A DNA stretch of 59,117 nucleotides, from contig JAYENL010000284.1 in NCBI GenBank assembly GCA_034722055.1, positions 1-59,117 on the forward strand, written 5' to 3'. The notes under the pieces are model-generated. The model was not told where the DNA came from. It did no database searches and was given only the letters and a program-made list of their open reading frames with translations. The position numbers and the translations under genes are program-made. Origin of the DNA: Armatimonadota bacterium (lineage in GTDB: Bacteria > Armatimonadota > Zipacnadia > Zipacnadales > UBA5352). This document shows positions 1-9,487 of the stretch, one piece after another (the first letter of the stretch is position 1; every line of letters begins with the position of its first letter).

Positions 1-101
1 TCTCCGGCCGCGACGTCGCCAACACCATCGCGGTCTCCCTCGCCGGCGACGAGTCCCTGGCGACAGGCCGGCCGGTAAGCCCGGAGCGCTTCGACTTCTG
101 A
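1..101 (+). CDS. 3' end of a gene truncated by the window edge, probably a Gfo/Idh/MocA-type oxidoreductase
   Basis: Frame from position 3 reads SGRDVANTIAVSLAGDESLATGRPVSPERFDF*, resembling the C-terminal helix of this family; stop TGA at 99-101. Confidence 0.45.
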   Translation, partial: SGRDVANTIAVSLAGDESLATGRPVSPERFDF

Positions 102-124
102 GTGCCCCTTCCGGCAGAATCCGA

Positions 125-148
125 GCGGCCCCGCCAAGGCGGGGCCGC
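125..148. terminator. GC-rich hairpin, possible bidirectional terminator
   Basis: GCGGCCCCGCC-AA-GGCGGGGCCGC perfect inverted repeat between convergent units; no U-tract. Confidence 0.5.
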
Positions 149-262
149 CCGTCCAGCCGGCGGTAGGGTCGGGGTGTGGGACCCCGCCGCCGAAATCATT
201 GGCAGCTTAAGATTGTGTTTCCCCCCGGCGGACGGTTCCCCTCCCTGCGGTCAACAAAGCGC
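125..262 (-). ncRNA. candidate structured small RNA (rod with A-rich internal bubble)
   Basis: Lies between convergent genes; TAGAAT -10 at 269-274 (-); extensive self-complementarity (149-160 with 225-235); ends in hairpin 125-148. Confidence 0.4.
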
Positions 263-395
263 GCCAGGATTCTACCGTGCTGTCAGTGCGCCACTGCCGG
301 CGGCGACGCCCGGTGCGCAGAGGCGGTGCACCGAGTGTTCGGCTGCAACGGCACAGATGCGGCGCGGCTCTCGCCCGGCGGCCGCGCCAGACAGG

Positions 396-806
396 TTACT
401 CCTCCTCCAGCCCCAACGCCTTGGCGGCGGCCTCCAGGTCCGCGTCGGCGAAGGTGATCACCGCCGCGTAGCGGTTGGCGGCGGAGAGCGCCGCGATGTC
501 CTCGATGTTAATCTCCGCGTTGGCGATGGCCTCCGTGATGCCGCACAGCGCCCCCACCTGATCGTCACCCTCGACGAGGAAGACCTGTCGCGTCTGCAGC
601 CGGACGCCGTGCTGAGCTGCGAGCTGCCGAACCCTCTGCGGATTCTCGGGGATGGCCATCAGCGCCGTCCCCTGCCGCCGCTGGCTGGCGATCGCCAGCA
701 TGTTCACACCCGCGTCGCGGAGGACACACAGCACCTCGTGCAGTATCCCCACGCGGTCCTCGACCTGCATCACCACTGCCGTGACCTGCCGAATCGTATG
801 GCCCAT
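396..806 (-). CDS. tandem ACT-domain protein
   Basis: Two ACT repeats (EDRVGILHEV..LRDAGVNM; DDQVGALCGI..IANAEINI); GGAGG RBS. Confidence 0.85.
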   Translation of the reverse strand: MGHTIRQVTAVVMQVEDRVGILHEVLCVLRDAGVNMLAIASQRRQGTALMAIPENPQRVRQLAAQHGVRLQTRQVFLVEGDDQVGALCGITEAIANAEINIEDIAALSAANRYAAVITFADADLEAAAKALGLEEE

Positions 807-845
807 CGGCGCACCTCCCAGGCGCTCGCGAACCGTCTGTCAGTT

Positions 846-1904
846 CTATATACCCCGGGGCAGGCGTTTCTCAACCGGCAACATTTGTTCAAATGTCTTA
901 TGCGGGAGCGTCTGGTACCAGTAGGCCGTCGATGAGTAGTCATCCGAGCGGTGATTTGCGTGCCCATGCTCGATGGTCACCCGAATGCGCTCGTGGAAGA
1001 TGATGGGGTCGGGGATGTGGAAGCGGTAGCAGGTCCACTTGCCGATCCACGTGCTGGGGTCGCCGTCGAACAGCGACACGCCGTGATAGAGCCCGCGCAC
1101 GTCCTGCATCCCGTAGGCGTGGTTGAAGTAGTCCTCCGAGCCGGTGCCGTGGATGGACGGCGGCCAGTCATCGCCGTCGATGAAGATCATGTCGTCGCCC
1201 TCCCCCCACCATCCGCCATCCCAGTTGTGGATGGAGAGGTTGCAGCCCACGTAGTGCCCCCGGCCCTCGGCCTCCAGGATCAGGTAGTTGTCCTCCCCGC
1301 CGATGTTGGGCGTGGCGTTGACATCCTGCGTGTGCACGGCCGCGCCCGGCTCCGCCCAGCCCTGACAGGGGTTCTCGCGCCGCCAGGAGGCGTGGAAGTA
1401 GAGCGCGTCCGGGATCGGCGCGTCGTACTCCTCGTAGTCAACGTAGAAGTAGATGGGGCGGGCGACCTCGCCCTGGTTGGCGATCTCGATGCGCGCCCGC
1501 TCGGCGAACGGCATGGGCCACCAGCAGTTGAATGCCGAGCGCATCCCGCCGCTGGGGTGGTGAGTCATGTTCAGCGGCATGGACTCCCACTGCGAGAGCT
1601 TGCCGTGGCCCACGCCGAAGAAGTCGCCGAAGGGCACCTCCACGCTGGGGCTCTCCTGGTCATCCCAGTACATGCGTATCAGCACCCGCCGCGGCCAGGC
1701 GTGCTCATCGGAGCCTGAGGTCATCCAGATGTGGTTGATGCAGCCGGGCGTCTGGATGTCCGCGATGGTCCTGGTCTCTCCCGGCTCGAACCGCCAGTTG
1801 TCGGCGTTGGCGCCCGTCTCGTCCCAGCTTGATACGCGCTTGGAGCGGCCCTCACGGGGCATGATCAGGCCCCGCAGCGGATTCGTCAGATCTGGCCGGA
1901 ACAT
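846..1904 (-). CDS. DUF2961 / glycoside hydrolase family 172 protein
   Basis: Motifs GCINHIWMT, PSVEVPFGDFFG, FNCWWPMPF, WWGEGDDMIFIDG, HGTGSEDYF, YSSTAYWYQ. Confidence 0.9.
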   Translation of the reverse strand: MFRPDLTNPLRGLIMPREGRSKRVSSWDETGANADNWRFEPGETRTIADIQTPGCINHIWMTSGSDEHAWPRRVLIRMYWDDQESPSVEVPFGDFFGVGHGKLSQWESMPLNMTHHPSGGMRSAFNCWWPMPFAERARIEIANQGEVARPIYFYVDYEEYDAPIPDALYFHASWRRENPCQGWAEPGAAVHTQDVNATPNIGGEDNYLILEAEGRGHYVGCNLSIHNWDGGWWGEGDDMIFIDGDDWPPSIHGTGSEDYFNHAYGMQDVRGLYHGVSLFDGDPSTWIGKWTCYRFHIPDPIIFHERIRVTIEHGHANHRSDDYSSTAYWYQTLPHKTFEQMLPVEKRLPRGI

Positions 1905-1928
1905 GATACTCCCTCCCTGCAGCGTGCC

Positions 1929-3041
1929 TCAGACGTTGAACATCGGCGCGTCGGTCGGCTCTGGAATCCCGTACATCTCCCGCTTGCGGCGCAGGTAGTA
2001 GAGGTAGTCATCGTAGCTCACGTCCGGCGGCACGCGGTGGTCCACGTGAGGGATATACCCGCCCTCATCGACCAGTGGCTTCAGCCGCCGAAGCTCCTCG
2101 TCGATGGCGTCGCGGCCGGCGATCAGCGCCCGCTTGTTGACCCCGCCCATCATCAGGCACTCCCGGCCCCACTGGCGCCGGATCTCGATGGGGTCCGACC
2201 CGGCGGCCACCTCCACGGGGAACATGCAGTTGACCCCGCCCGCCAGCCAGCCGCCGATGACGTCGGTCACGTTCCCGTCCGAGTCCACGTAGCACAGCTC
2301 CGCGCCCGCCGAGTAGACCATGTCGGTGATCCGCGTGTACCGCGGCGTCAGCCACTCGTGGAACATCTCCGGGGAGATGATGCAGCCCTGCTTGAAGTTC
2401 ATGTCCTCCCAGAACGCCCCCATGTCAATCTGGCAGTGCTCCACCGCGGGCTCGATCACCGTACACACCAGCTTGCACATGTGCTCGATCATCTCCTCCA
2501 GCAGCTCCGGGTCGTCGTAGCACATCAGTGCGATGCCCTCGAAGCCGACCCAGTTGCGCAGCCTGCCGAAGAGGCTCCCGCAGCCGATCTGGACCGGAAT
2601 GTCGCTCTCCCGCGACCGGCGCGCCCACTCGTCCCAGTCATCGCGCGTGCGCCGCTCGTCGTCGGGATCGAGGCGCTCCTTCACGCGCTCCCACGAGTCC
2701 CGGTCCGTGATGGGGAACTCCAGGTAGCGGGGGATGGTGTCCGTGCCGTCGGTGTAGACGATCTTCTTGACGCCCTCGGAGTCCTGGATGATCTGGTGGT
2801 CCTCATGCTCCTCGAGGACCTTGGTCTCGAAGCCCGGGATCAGGCCCACCGGCGAGGGGAGGCCCAGAGTTCCTTCGAACCCGAAAAACGGGTCGGCGAC
2901 GGCGTTGTTGTCGATCTCCTCCGGAAGGCCCTCGTTGTGCCAGCGCTTGAAGGTGTCGTCCCAGTAGCCGAACTCCCGGTCCGGCACGTGGTCCACCGGC
3001 TCGAAGCGCATGCAGGCCAGGAGCCGCTCGCGCTGCGTCAT
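1929..3041 (-). CDS. uroporphyrinogen decarboxylase (URO-D/MtaA-like) family protein
   Basis: MTQRER..F..VDHVP N-terminus, WEDM, DSDGN, PVEVAAG, GGVNK, GGYIPHVDHRVPPDVS. Confidence 0.85.
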   Translation of the reverse strand: MTQRERLLACMRFEPVDHVPDREFGYWDDTFKRWHNEGLPEEIDNNAVADPFFGFEGTLGLPSPVGLIPGFETKVLEEHEDHQIIQDSEGVKKIVYTDGTDTIPRYLEFPITDRDSWERVKERLDPDDERRTRDDWDEWARRSRESDIPVQIGCGSLFGRLRNWVGFEGIALMCYDDPELLEEMIEHMCKLVCTVIEPAVEHCQIDMGAFWEDMNFKQGCIISPEMFHEWLTPRYTRITDMVYSAGAELCYVDSDGNVTDVIGGWLAGGVNCMFPVEVAAGSDPIEIRRQWGRECLMMGGVNKRALIAGRDAIDEELRRLKPLVDEGGYIPHVDHRVPPDVSYDDYLYYLRRKREMYGIPEPTDAPMFNV

Positions 3042-3087
3042 GTCAGGTGTCCTCCACGTCTGCGATCATGGCAAGTCCGTGTGCCTC

Positions 3088-4851
3088 TCAGTCCCGCCGG
3101 CGCTTATTGCTTCGCGGGGGGCCGCGTCGCAACAGCACTCGCTCTACCGTCCAATCCCCGTGCGTCGCGATCGTCCCGGTCTTAAGCGGCGGCCGAACCG
3201 TGAACTGCTGCAGGTAGCGAATCTCATTGAGCTGGCCCTGCGCGTATTGCTCGCGGACCCGCTCCCTCGCCCGGCGCACGGTCCCCACGCCGGCCGCCGC
3301 GGCGCCCTCCACGACGCGCCGGCGTGGCCCCCTCAGCAGCAGCTCGAACGCGCCCTGACGGACGAGGTCGGCGATGTCCTCTCCGCTGAGGACCACGCCG
3401 GCATACTGGGGATTATCGACCCAGTACACGGTGCGCGCCGTCGGCACGAACACTGACACCGGCACCAGATCGACCGCCGGCCGCACGCCGTCCTCCGCCG
3501 CCAGCAGCAGGCGTTTGCCGCGGACGGCCTCCCTCACCTGCTCGTCGGCGGCCAGCGCCCGAAGGTCGGCCAGCGCCTCCCATCCGTTCGGAAGAAGCAG
3601 GTTCGTGGCGCCCTGCAGGAGACCTCCGGCGGTGATGCAGATGGCGAGGAGGATGACCGGCGCCCGCAGCAACCCGTAGCGAACCGCGCCCGCGATTAGC
3701 AGGGCGACGGTCACCGCAGTCGCCGGCGAGATGAGGCGACCGAACGGTGTGTTGATGCGCTGGTTGACACTGACGTATACCAACATCAGGATGCTCACCG
3801 GGACGAGGCAGCCGGCGAAGACCAGCAGCCAGCGCCAGGCCTCCGGCGAGTGCTGGCGCCGGCCCATGACCGCCGCGACCGCAAGGGTCAGCAGCGATGC
3901 CCCCAGCAGGAATCCTCCTGCCAGCATCACGAGGTCGCGCATCTGCGGCGCAGCGCTCGGCATGAGAGCCGTGCCGCTGATGCCCCAGAAGTATGAAAGG
4001 GCGACCTCAGTCGCTTGCGCAGCGTAACCACGAAGGCCTGGCCACAGTGGAGCGGTCGGGCGTCCGGCGATAGCCAGATTCCTGACCACCCAGGCCCCCG
4101 CCCCGGCCCAGCAGGCGAGGGTGGGGAGCAGGCCGTACGCCGCGCGGCGCCAGCGGTCAGCGTGAGGCCAGGCGATGGCCACGGCCGCCAGGCCGGCGCA
4201 CCCGGCTGCGACCACTGCAACGTGCCGCGTCAGAGCAGCCAGCGCCCACAGGACGGCGGCGCCGGCGATCTCGCGACCGCGAGGCCGACTCGCCCCCCGC
4301 ATGTGCAGCACCGCGGCCCAGGCCATCAGCGCCAGGTAGAGGTGTTCGGACTCCAGCCTCGGGGCCTCGAACATGCAGGGGGCGGAGAGAAGGTACAGCC
4401 CTGCGGCGACGAAGCCCGCTGTTGAGCTGCGGACCGCAAGCGCCGCGAGGAGGCCGAAGCCTGCAGCGGCGGCGAGCTCGCAGACCAGATCCAGCACGTG
4501 TGCGGCCGCGACCATGGCCGACGGGTCCCCAGGGTTGAGGCCAGAGGCAAGTGCGATGGCGACGGAGTACCCTGGGGGCCACCACGGCACTCGGTCGAGG
4601 TCGGGCGGGTCGGGGAGCACGAAGGGGTTGAGCTGCACCAGCGACAGGCCGTACTCCTGGCGCTCGGCGACCACCTTGGCGCCGGAGAGGTAACCGCACG
4701 CGTCCGGCCACAGCACGGGCCCCGCGTGCAGCATCCCCGCCGTGTAGAGGCCTGCCGCGCCGAGCACGAAGGCCGCCCCCAGCGCGACGGCCGCGCGCCG
4801 CCATCGGGCCGGTGATCCGCTGCTGTCAGGGGCCCCTGCCATCGGCCTCAT
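3088..4851 (-). CDS. multi-pass membrane protein, probable GT-C fold (PMT/ArnT-like) glycosyltransferase
   Basis: PD..GY loop after TM1, WPPGYS, SEHLY, LAALTR; many hydrophobic segments. Confidence 0.6.
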   Translation of the reverse strand: MRPMAGAPDSSGSPARWRRAAVALGAAFVLGAAGLYTAGMLHAGPVLWPDACGYLSGAKVVAERQEYGLSLVQLNPFVLPDPPDLDRVPWWPPGYSVAIALASGLNPGDPSAMVAAAHVLDLVCELAAAAGFGLLAALAVRSSTAGFVAAGLYLLSAPCMFEAPRLESEHLYLALMAWAAVLHMRGASRPRGREIAGAAVLWALAALTRHVAVVAAGCAGLAAVAIAWPHADRWRRAAYGLLPTLACWAGAGAWVVRNLAIAGRPTAPLWPGLRGYAAQATEVALSYFWGISGTALMPSAAPQMRDLVMLAGGFLLGASLLTLAVAAVMGRRQHSPEAWRWLLVFAGCLVPVSILMLVYVSVNQRINTPFGRLISPATAVTVALLIAGAVRYGLLRAPVILLAICITAGGLLQGATNLLLPNGWEALADLRALAADEQVREAVRGKRLLLAAEDGVRPAVDLVPVSVFVPTARTVYWVDNPQYAGVVLSGEDIADLVRQGAFELLLRGPRRRVVEGAAAAGVGTVRRARERVREQYAQGQLNEIRYLQQFTVRPPLKTGTIATHGDWTVERVLLRRGPPRSNKRRRD

Positions 4852-4869
4852 CCCTTGGGCGTAGCGCCG

Positions 4870-5628
4870 TCAGCCCAACGCGGAGGCGAGTGCCCCCGCC
4901 AGCTCGGGCATGACCTCGCCCGCCGGCCCCCGGAGCTGGATGTCCACCACTCCGGTGAGTGCGGTCGGCTCGGGGTTGATCTCTACAAGGGACGCCCCGG
5001 CGCGCAGGGCCACCACCGGCAGCGACGCCGCGGGCTGGACCGTGGCGGAGGTGCCGATGACCAGCATCACTCCCGCCTGCCGCGAGAGCCGTTGGGCCCG
5101 CTCCATGGCCTCGCGAGGAAGCTGCTCGCCGAACCACACCACGTCGGGGCGCAGCACGGCTCCGCAGTCACACGTGGGCGGGAGCTGCTCGAGGTGCCGG
5201 GGCAGGTCGTCGGTGGTGAAGTCGCAGCGAGTGCACCGCGCGCGATGTGCGCTGCCGTGCAGCTCGATGACGTGCCGGCTGCCGGCGGCCTGGTGCAGGC
5301 CATCGATGTTCTGCGTGATAATCGGCGCCGACGCGCCGTCAAGGCTCTTCTGGATCCAGGCCAGTGCCGTGTGGGCGGGATTCGGATCCGAGCTCAGGCA
5401 TAGCTCTCGGAGCTGCTCGTGAAAGCGCCAGGCGCGCTCGGGGTCGCGCAGGAAGCCCTCCAGGGTGGCGACCTCCTCGGGGTCGTGCTCCTGCCAGATA
5501 CCGTCCTGGCCCCGGAAGGTCGGAATGCCGCTCTCCCGCGATATCCCTGCGCCGGTAAGCGACACGATGGGCAGGTCCTGCGCTGCCGCGCGCTCGATGG
5601 CCGAGGCGGCACGCCCCACATCACTCAT
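4870..5628 (-). CDS. cobB: NAD-dependent protein deacylase, Sir2 family
   Basis: TGAGISRESGIPTFRG, TQNIDGLHQAAG, ELHGS, CxxC..CxC, LRPDVVWFGE, GTS..VQPAA. Confidence 0.92.
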   Translation of the reverse strand: MSDVGRAASAIERAAAQDLPIVSLTGAGISRESGIPTFRGQDGIWQEHDPEEVATLEGFLRDPERAWRFHEQLRELCLSSDPNPAHTALAWIQKSLDGASAPIITQNIDGLHQAAGSRHVIELHGSAHRARCTRCDFTTDDLPRHLEQLPPTCDCGAVLRPDVVWFGEQLPREAMERAQRLSRQAGVMLVIGTSATVQPAASLPVVALRAGASLVEINPEPTALTGVVDIQLRGPAGEVMPELAGALASALG

Positions 5629-6205
5629 CGGCTCTGCCAGCCTCGATCAGCGCCCTCCAGGCCACGCGCCCGACCTTCCACACGCCCAGGGCGCCGGCCA
5701 GCTTGATGGCGTCGCCGGGCAGGAAGGGCAGCACGCCCACCACCAGCGCCTGACCGACGCTGAGTCCATTGACGTGGGCCAGCCACGCCGCGCCCAGGGC
5801 CAGGATGGCCGCCTCGCCCGCGACCATCGCCGCTCCCACCGCCAGCATGCTGTCAGTGCGCCGCGCCACCGCGCCCACGATGCCGGCGGCGACGACAAAG
5901 CCGATCAGATACCCCCCGGTGACGCCTGTCAGAGCGCCGCCCGCGAAGGTCGCCACGCCCGCACTGCCCAACGCAAGGTATAGAATCTGGCTCAGCGTCC
6001 CGCCTACGGCTCCCAGCACGGCCCCGGACAGCAGCACGACCATGGTCTGCAGCGTTACCGGGACCGGCGAGAACGGCAGCGGAATGCGAACGTGCGCAGC
6101 CAGGGCGGTGGCCAGCGCGGCTCCGGCAATGCCGCCAGCTATCAGCGCGTGGCGGCGCGTGATGGGGATCGACAGCGACCAGGTCAGGCTCTCGGATCTG
6201 TGCAT
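5621..6205 (-). CDS. bioY: biotin transporter BioY
   Basis: IPLPFSPVPVTLQT, YLALG..G..F, TGGYLIGF, PFLPGD.IK; start moved to ATG 6205 (RBS AAGGA). Confidence 0.92.
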   Translation of the reverse strand: MHRSESLTWSLSIPITRRHALIAGGIAGAALATALAAHVRIPLPFSPVPVTLQTMVVLLSGAVLGAVGGTLSQILYLALGSAGVATFAGGALTGVTGGYLIGFVVAAGIVGAVARRTDSMLAVGAAMVAGEAAILALGAAWLAHVNGLSVGQALVVGVLPFLPGDAIKLAGALGVWKVGRVAWRALIEAGRADE

Positions 6206-6220
6206 TGCTCTTTCCTTTCT

Positions 6221-6248
6221 GCAGGCGCGCCGGCGGCGCGCGTGGAAC
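6221..6248 (+). promoter_or_regulatory. sigma-H-like promoter for sialidase-like gene
   Basis: GCAGGC-N18-GAAC. Confidence 0.4.
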
Positions 6249-6305
6249 GTGCGGTCGAGCGCGAAGTATATCACAGCCCGACGCGCGACAGAAGGGACGA
6301 TCGCC

Positions 6306-7268
6306 ATGCGCGAAGACAGCTTCCTGTTCGTCGGCACCGAGCAGCGGCCCTCCTGCCACTGCGCCTCGATCGCGGAGCTGCCCGCAGATGCTGAGGCACC
6401 TCACAGCCAGCTCTTCGCCACCTGGTACGCGGGCACGCACGAGAAGCACACCGACGTGGCCGTCATGTGCAATCGCCATGACGGCTCGGGCTGGGGCGAG
6501 CCGAGGGTGCTCGTTGATCCTCCCGGCCAGTCCGGGGGCAACACGGTGGTCTATTGCCATGAGGGCGAGCTGTGGCACTTCTACGACATCATCGAGGGCG
6601 AGGGCTGGAACGACGCCATGCTCTACCTGGCACGCTCCTCCGATGGCGGCCGCACCTGGACCGATCCCGAGCTGTTCGACGACCGTCCCGGCATGATGGT
6701 GCGCAACCGGCCCGTCCGGCTCTCCACCGGCCGCATCCTGCTGCCGGCCTACGACGAGCGCGGGGCGCAGGGCCTGGCCTACATCACCGATGATGCTGGG
6801 ACCACCTGGCGTGAGAGCGGACGGATGGTCGCCGACGACACGGGCGTTATCCAGCCGGCCATCATCGAGCGCGACGACGGCTCCCTGCACGCCATCCTGC
6901 GCACCGGCCACGAGGCGTCCCACGCCCGCGAGTGCGACTCCGCCGATGGGGGCGAGACCTGGACGCGCTGCGTGCCCTCGGCCCTGCACAATCCCGGCTC
7001 CGGCGCGGACATGATCCGCCTGGCGTCGGGAGAGGTCATCGCGTGCTTCAACGACACGCCGCAGGGCCGCACGCCGCTGACGCTGGCGATCTCGCACGAT
7101 GAGGGCCGCACGTGGTCGGCGCGCCGGAACATCGAGGAGCAGCCGGGCGAGTACTCCTACCCCACGCTGATGGAGGGCTCGGACGGGAGCGTGCATCTTG
7201 TCTACACCTGGCGCCGCGAGCGCATCCGCCACGTCAGCTTCGAGGCTCGGTGGATCGAGGGGGCGTGA
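6306..7268 (+). CDS. BNR/Asp-box sialidase-like (GH33-like) beta-propeller
   Basis: CHCASIAEL, Asp boxes SSDGGRTW, TDDAGTTW, SADGGETW, SHDEGRTW; YSYP; start ATG 6306 (the longer ORF overlaps bioY). Confidence 0.85.
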   Translation: MREDSFLFVGTEQRPSCHCASIAELPADAEAPHSQLFATWYAGTHEKHTDVAVMCNRHDGSGWGEPRVLVDPPGQSGGNTVVYCHEGELWHFYDIIEGEGWNDAMLYLARSSDGGRTWTDPELFDDRPGMMVRNRPVRLSTGRILLPAYDERGAQGLAYITDDAGTTWRESGRMVADDTGVIQPAIIERDDGSLHAILRTGHEASHARECDSADGGETWTRCVPSALHNPGSGADMIRLASGEVIACFNDTPQGRTPLTLAISHDEGRTWSARRNIEEQPGEYSYPTLMEGSDGSVHLVYTWRRERIRHVSFEARWIEGA

Positions 7269-7360
7269 GCGGGGGGTTCAGTTCATTGCTCACAGGTCGG
7301 GAATGGCTCAGGGCGGCCGGTGGAATACCGGTGCCATCCGACTTGGCTTGGTCTCCAGGC

Positions 7361-7444
7361 TAAGTAGGCGGGGCGTCCTCGCCCCGCCACCGACTGCGTC
7401 CAGGGAGACAAACGGCATGCAGGCGAGGGCGCCTGCATTACTTA
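7361..7444. repeat. REP-like inverted doublet (REPIN-like)
   Basis: TAAGTAGGCGGGGCGTCCTCGCCCCGCC ... ATGCAGGCGAGGGCGCCTGCATTACTTA; outer TAAGTA/TACTTA inverted ends. Confidence 0.6.
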
Positions 7445-7522
7445 ACGTCTGGGCCTAAGCGCAGTCTAAGCAGATGCACCGCCGTGACGCCGCACAACAC
7501 GCGAACGTCTGCCGCTCAGCAC

Positions 7523-9475
7523 CTAGCTCCAGAAGCTCCACACCGAGCGCTGGAAGGCGACGCCGTAGAGGCTCCAGATGGAGGCCATGGTGAACTCGCC
7601 CAGCGCCAGGCCCATGAAGAACGGCGCCGCGCGGCGGTAGATGTTCCCGCCGCCGTAGCGCAGCAGGACGGTCTTGGCCAGCCACACCACCAGCAGGCCG
7701 AACCAGATGTGCCGCATCATCCACCCGCCCTGCAGCGCGAAACCCACCGGGTACAGCGGCCACCACGGGTAGGTCAGCTTCCCCCAGTTCAGCAGCGCCG
7801 TGAAGGCCACGCCGGCGGCGACAAAGGCCATCCCCCGGTAGTCCGCCGTCGTGGGCACGACCAGCCAGCTCTGCAGCTTCCGATAGGCCTGGTTGCCGAA
7901 GGGCACGCTCTCGCCGCGGATCATCGCCGTGGCCTCGCCCCAGCGGTAGAAGGAGTAGAGCATCCCCCAGAAGGTGGTGACGATGCCCAGCAGGTAGGCC
8001 ATCCAGGTGCTGGTGAGGATCGAGCGCTGGTCGGCGCCGATGCGCTCGGCCATCTTGAAGCCCTCGAGCTGCACCGGCATGGGGTGGGTGCGGTATCCGC
8101 GCGTGAACCACAGGAACATCGCCGACAGCGCCCGGTCCTGCTTGCTGACGGAGGTGCTCCCTCCCAGGCCGATGATGATCTCGCCCGGGGACGCGTAGGG
8201 CAGATCATGCGCCGGCGGCCCCAGCTCGGCCCGGATGCGCGTGACCACCAGCGATGTCACGAAGTAAACGGTGAAGAAGCCGGTGGCGTACCAGACCGTC
8301 ATCCCGAAGACGTTCGCGAAGGCCACCAGCAGCACGAAGCCCAGGACTACCCCGACCACCGCCGCGCGATAGGACATCGGCTCGTCGGACTCGTCGATCT
8401 CCGAGCCCTCGCCCAGCGCCGAGGCCAGGACGTGCCGCCAGTAGCGGCGGGCGTTGATGACCACAAGGGCGGCGATGGCCACGTAGGCGCCGAAGGTCTG
8501 CTCCGCCAGGTAGGGCATGCGCCGGTCGCCCTCCAGCCCCACCACCGCCGTGAAGACGTGCTGCGAGCGCGCGAACAGGAAGAAGAACCAGCACGAGAAC
8601 AGCACCGGGAGCGGCAGGAAGTACCCCAGGCCGATGACGAACGGCGGCGTGCCCAGTTCCACGCGGCCGATGGCGCTCCAGGGCCTGGTGTCGAAGATCC
8701 TCACCCCGCGGTAGGCCCGGATGTCGATGTGCGGCACCGACGGGTAGTAGTGGCTCAGCCCGCCCAGCAGGTCGATGACCAGCGCGATGCCGAAGCCGAA
8801 CCAGAGCAGGCGGTTGGCGAAAAGCCCCGTGAAGTTGGTGCTCATCTCCAGGGGGATCTCCACCAGCGGGAAGGAGAGCTTCTCGCGGTCCATCCACCGC
8901 CGCCGCAGGAGCACGTTCAGTGAGGTCATCACCGCGAACAGGACGCAGACGAAGCCCGACCACAGCAGCCCGGGCGTGAGCCACGGCCGCAGATGTCCCG
9001 GCTCCAGCAGCGTGGTGCCGCCCTCGTAGAGGTCTCGCAGCACCGCCGGGTCGCGCACTGTCAGCGCCTCGGGCAGCAGCGGGAAGAACTCCTCCCAGCC
9101 GTTCTCGGGGCTGGCGAACCAGAACGGATGGGTGATGGTGGTCATCAGCGGCTGGAGCATGTCCAGCCCGGCCAGCGATGAGGCCAGGAAGACTGCGGTG
9201 TAGATCACGATCATCTCGGCGGCGTTGAGCGCGGCCCGGCGGGAGATGCGCCGGAGGGCGGCGTTGGCGGCCGCTAGCAGCATCAGCGTGAAGAGAGCGT
9301 TGTAGGTGAGCGAGAGCTTGGTGATGACCCCGTCGTGGCGGACGCCGTCGGCCTGCACCAGCCAGTGCACGTTGGCGACCACCAGGACGGCCGCCACCAC
9401 CAGGCCTCGGGCGCGCACGCCCGCCGCCGGCGCGCTCGCCGGGCTCTGAGGGCGGGAGGGCTCCGTGGCGGCCAT
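7523..9475 (-). CDS. DUF6785/DUF6784-type polytopic membrane protein (putative transporter)
   Basis: About 650 aa, many TMs; LRRRW..REKLSFPL, TRIRAELGPP, WWPLYPVGF, VLLRYGG..YRRA.PFF.GL.LGE; start ATG 9475 or GTG 9484. Confidence 0.75.
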   Translation of the reverse strand: MAATEPSRPQSPASAPAAGVRARGLVVAAVLVVANVHWLVQADGVRHDGVITKLSLTYNALFTLMLLAAANAALRRISRRAALNAAEMIVIYTAVFLASSLAGLDMLQPLMTTITHPFWFASPENGWEEFFPLLPEALTVRDPAVLRDLYEGGTTLLEPGHLRPWLTPGLLWSGFVCVLFAVMTSLNVLLRRRWMDREKLSFPLVEIPLEMSTNFTGLFANRLLWFGFGIALVIDLLGGLSHYYPSVPHIDIRAYRGVRIFDTRPWSAIGRVELGTPPFVIGLGYFLPLPVLFSCWFFFLFARSQHVFTAVVGLEGDRRMPYLAEQTFGAYVAIAALVVINARRYWRHVLASALGEGSEIDESDEPMSYRAAVVGVVLGFVLLVAFANVFGMTVWYATGFFTVYFVTSLVVTRIRAELGPPAHDLPYASPGEIIIGLGGSTSVSKQDRALSAMFLWFTRGYRTHPMPVQLEGFKMAERIGADQRSILTSTWMAYLLGIVTTFWGMLYSFYRWGEATAMIRGESVPFGNQAYRKLQSWLVVPTTADYRGMAFVAAGVAFTALLNWGKLTYPWWPLYPVGFALQGGWMMRHIWFGLLVVWLAKTVLLRYGGGNIYRRAAPFFMGLALGEFTMASIWSLYGVAFQRSVWSFWS

Positions 9476-9487
9476 GGTGGGCACGCA

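Noticed and set aside
180..215. tmRNA-like fragments (TTG GCA GCT TAA = LAA* on +; TAAGCT GCC AAT GAT = AND on -)
   Set aside because: No tRNA-like acceptor or T-arm ends (GGGG..GGATTCGAC / GTTCGA..CCACCA), and the two halves lie on opposite strands
5769..6337. Long N-terminal extensions of the sialidase-like and bioY ORFs implying a large antiparallel overlap
   Set aside because: Better starts with RBS exist at 6306 (+) and 6205 (-); the same applies to extended ORF calls for miaA, dapL, hfq and the 48047 gene
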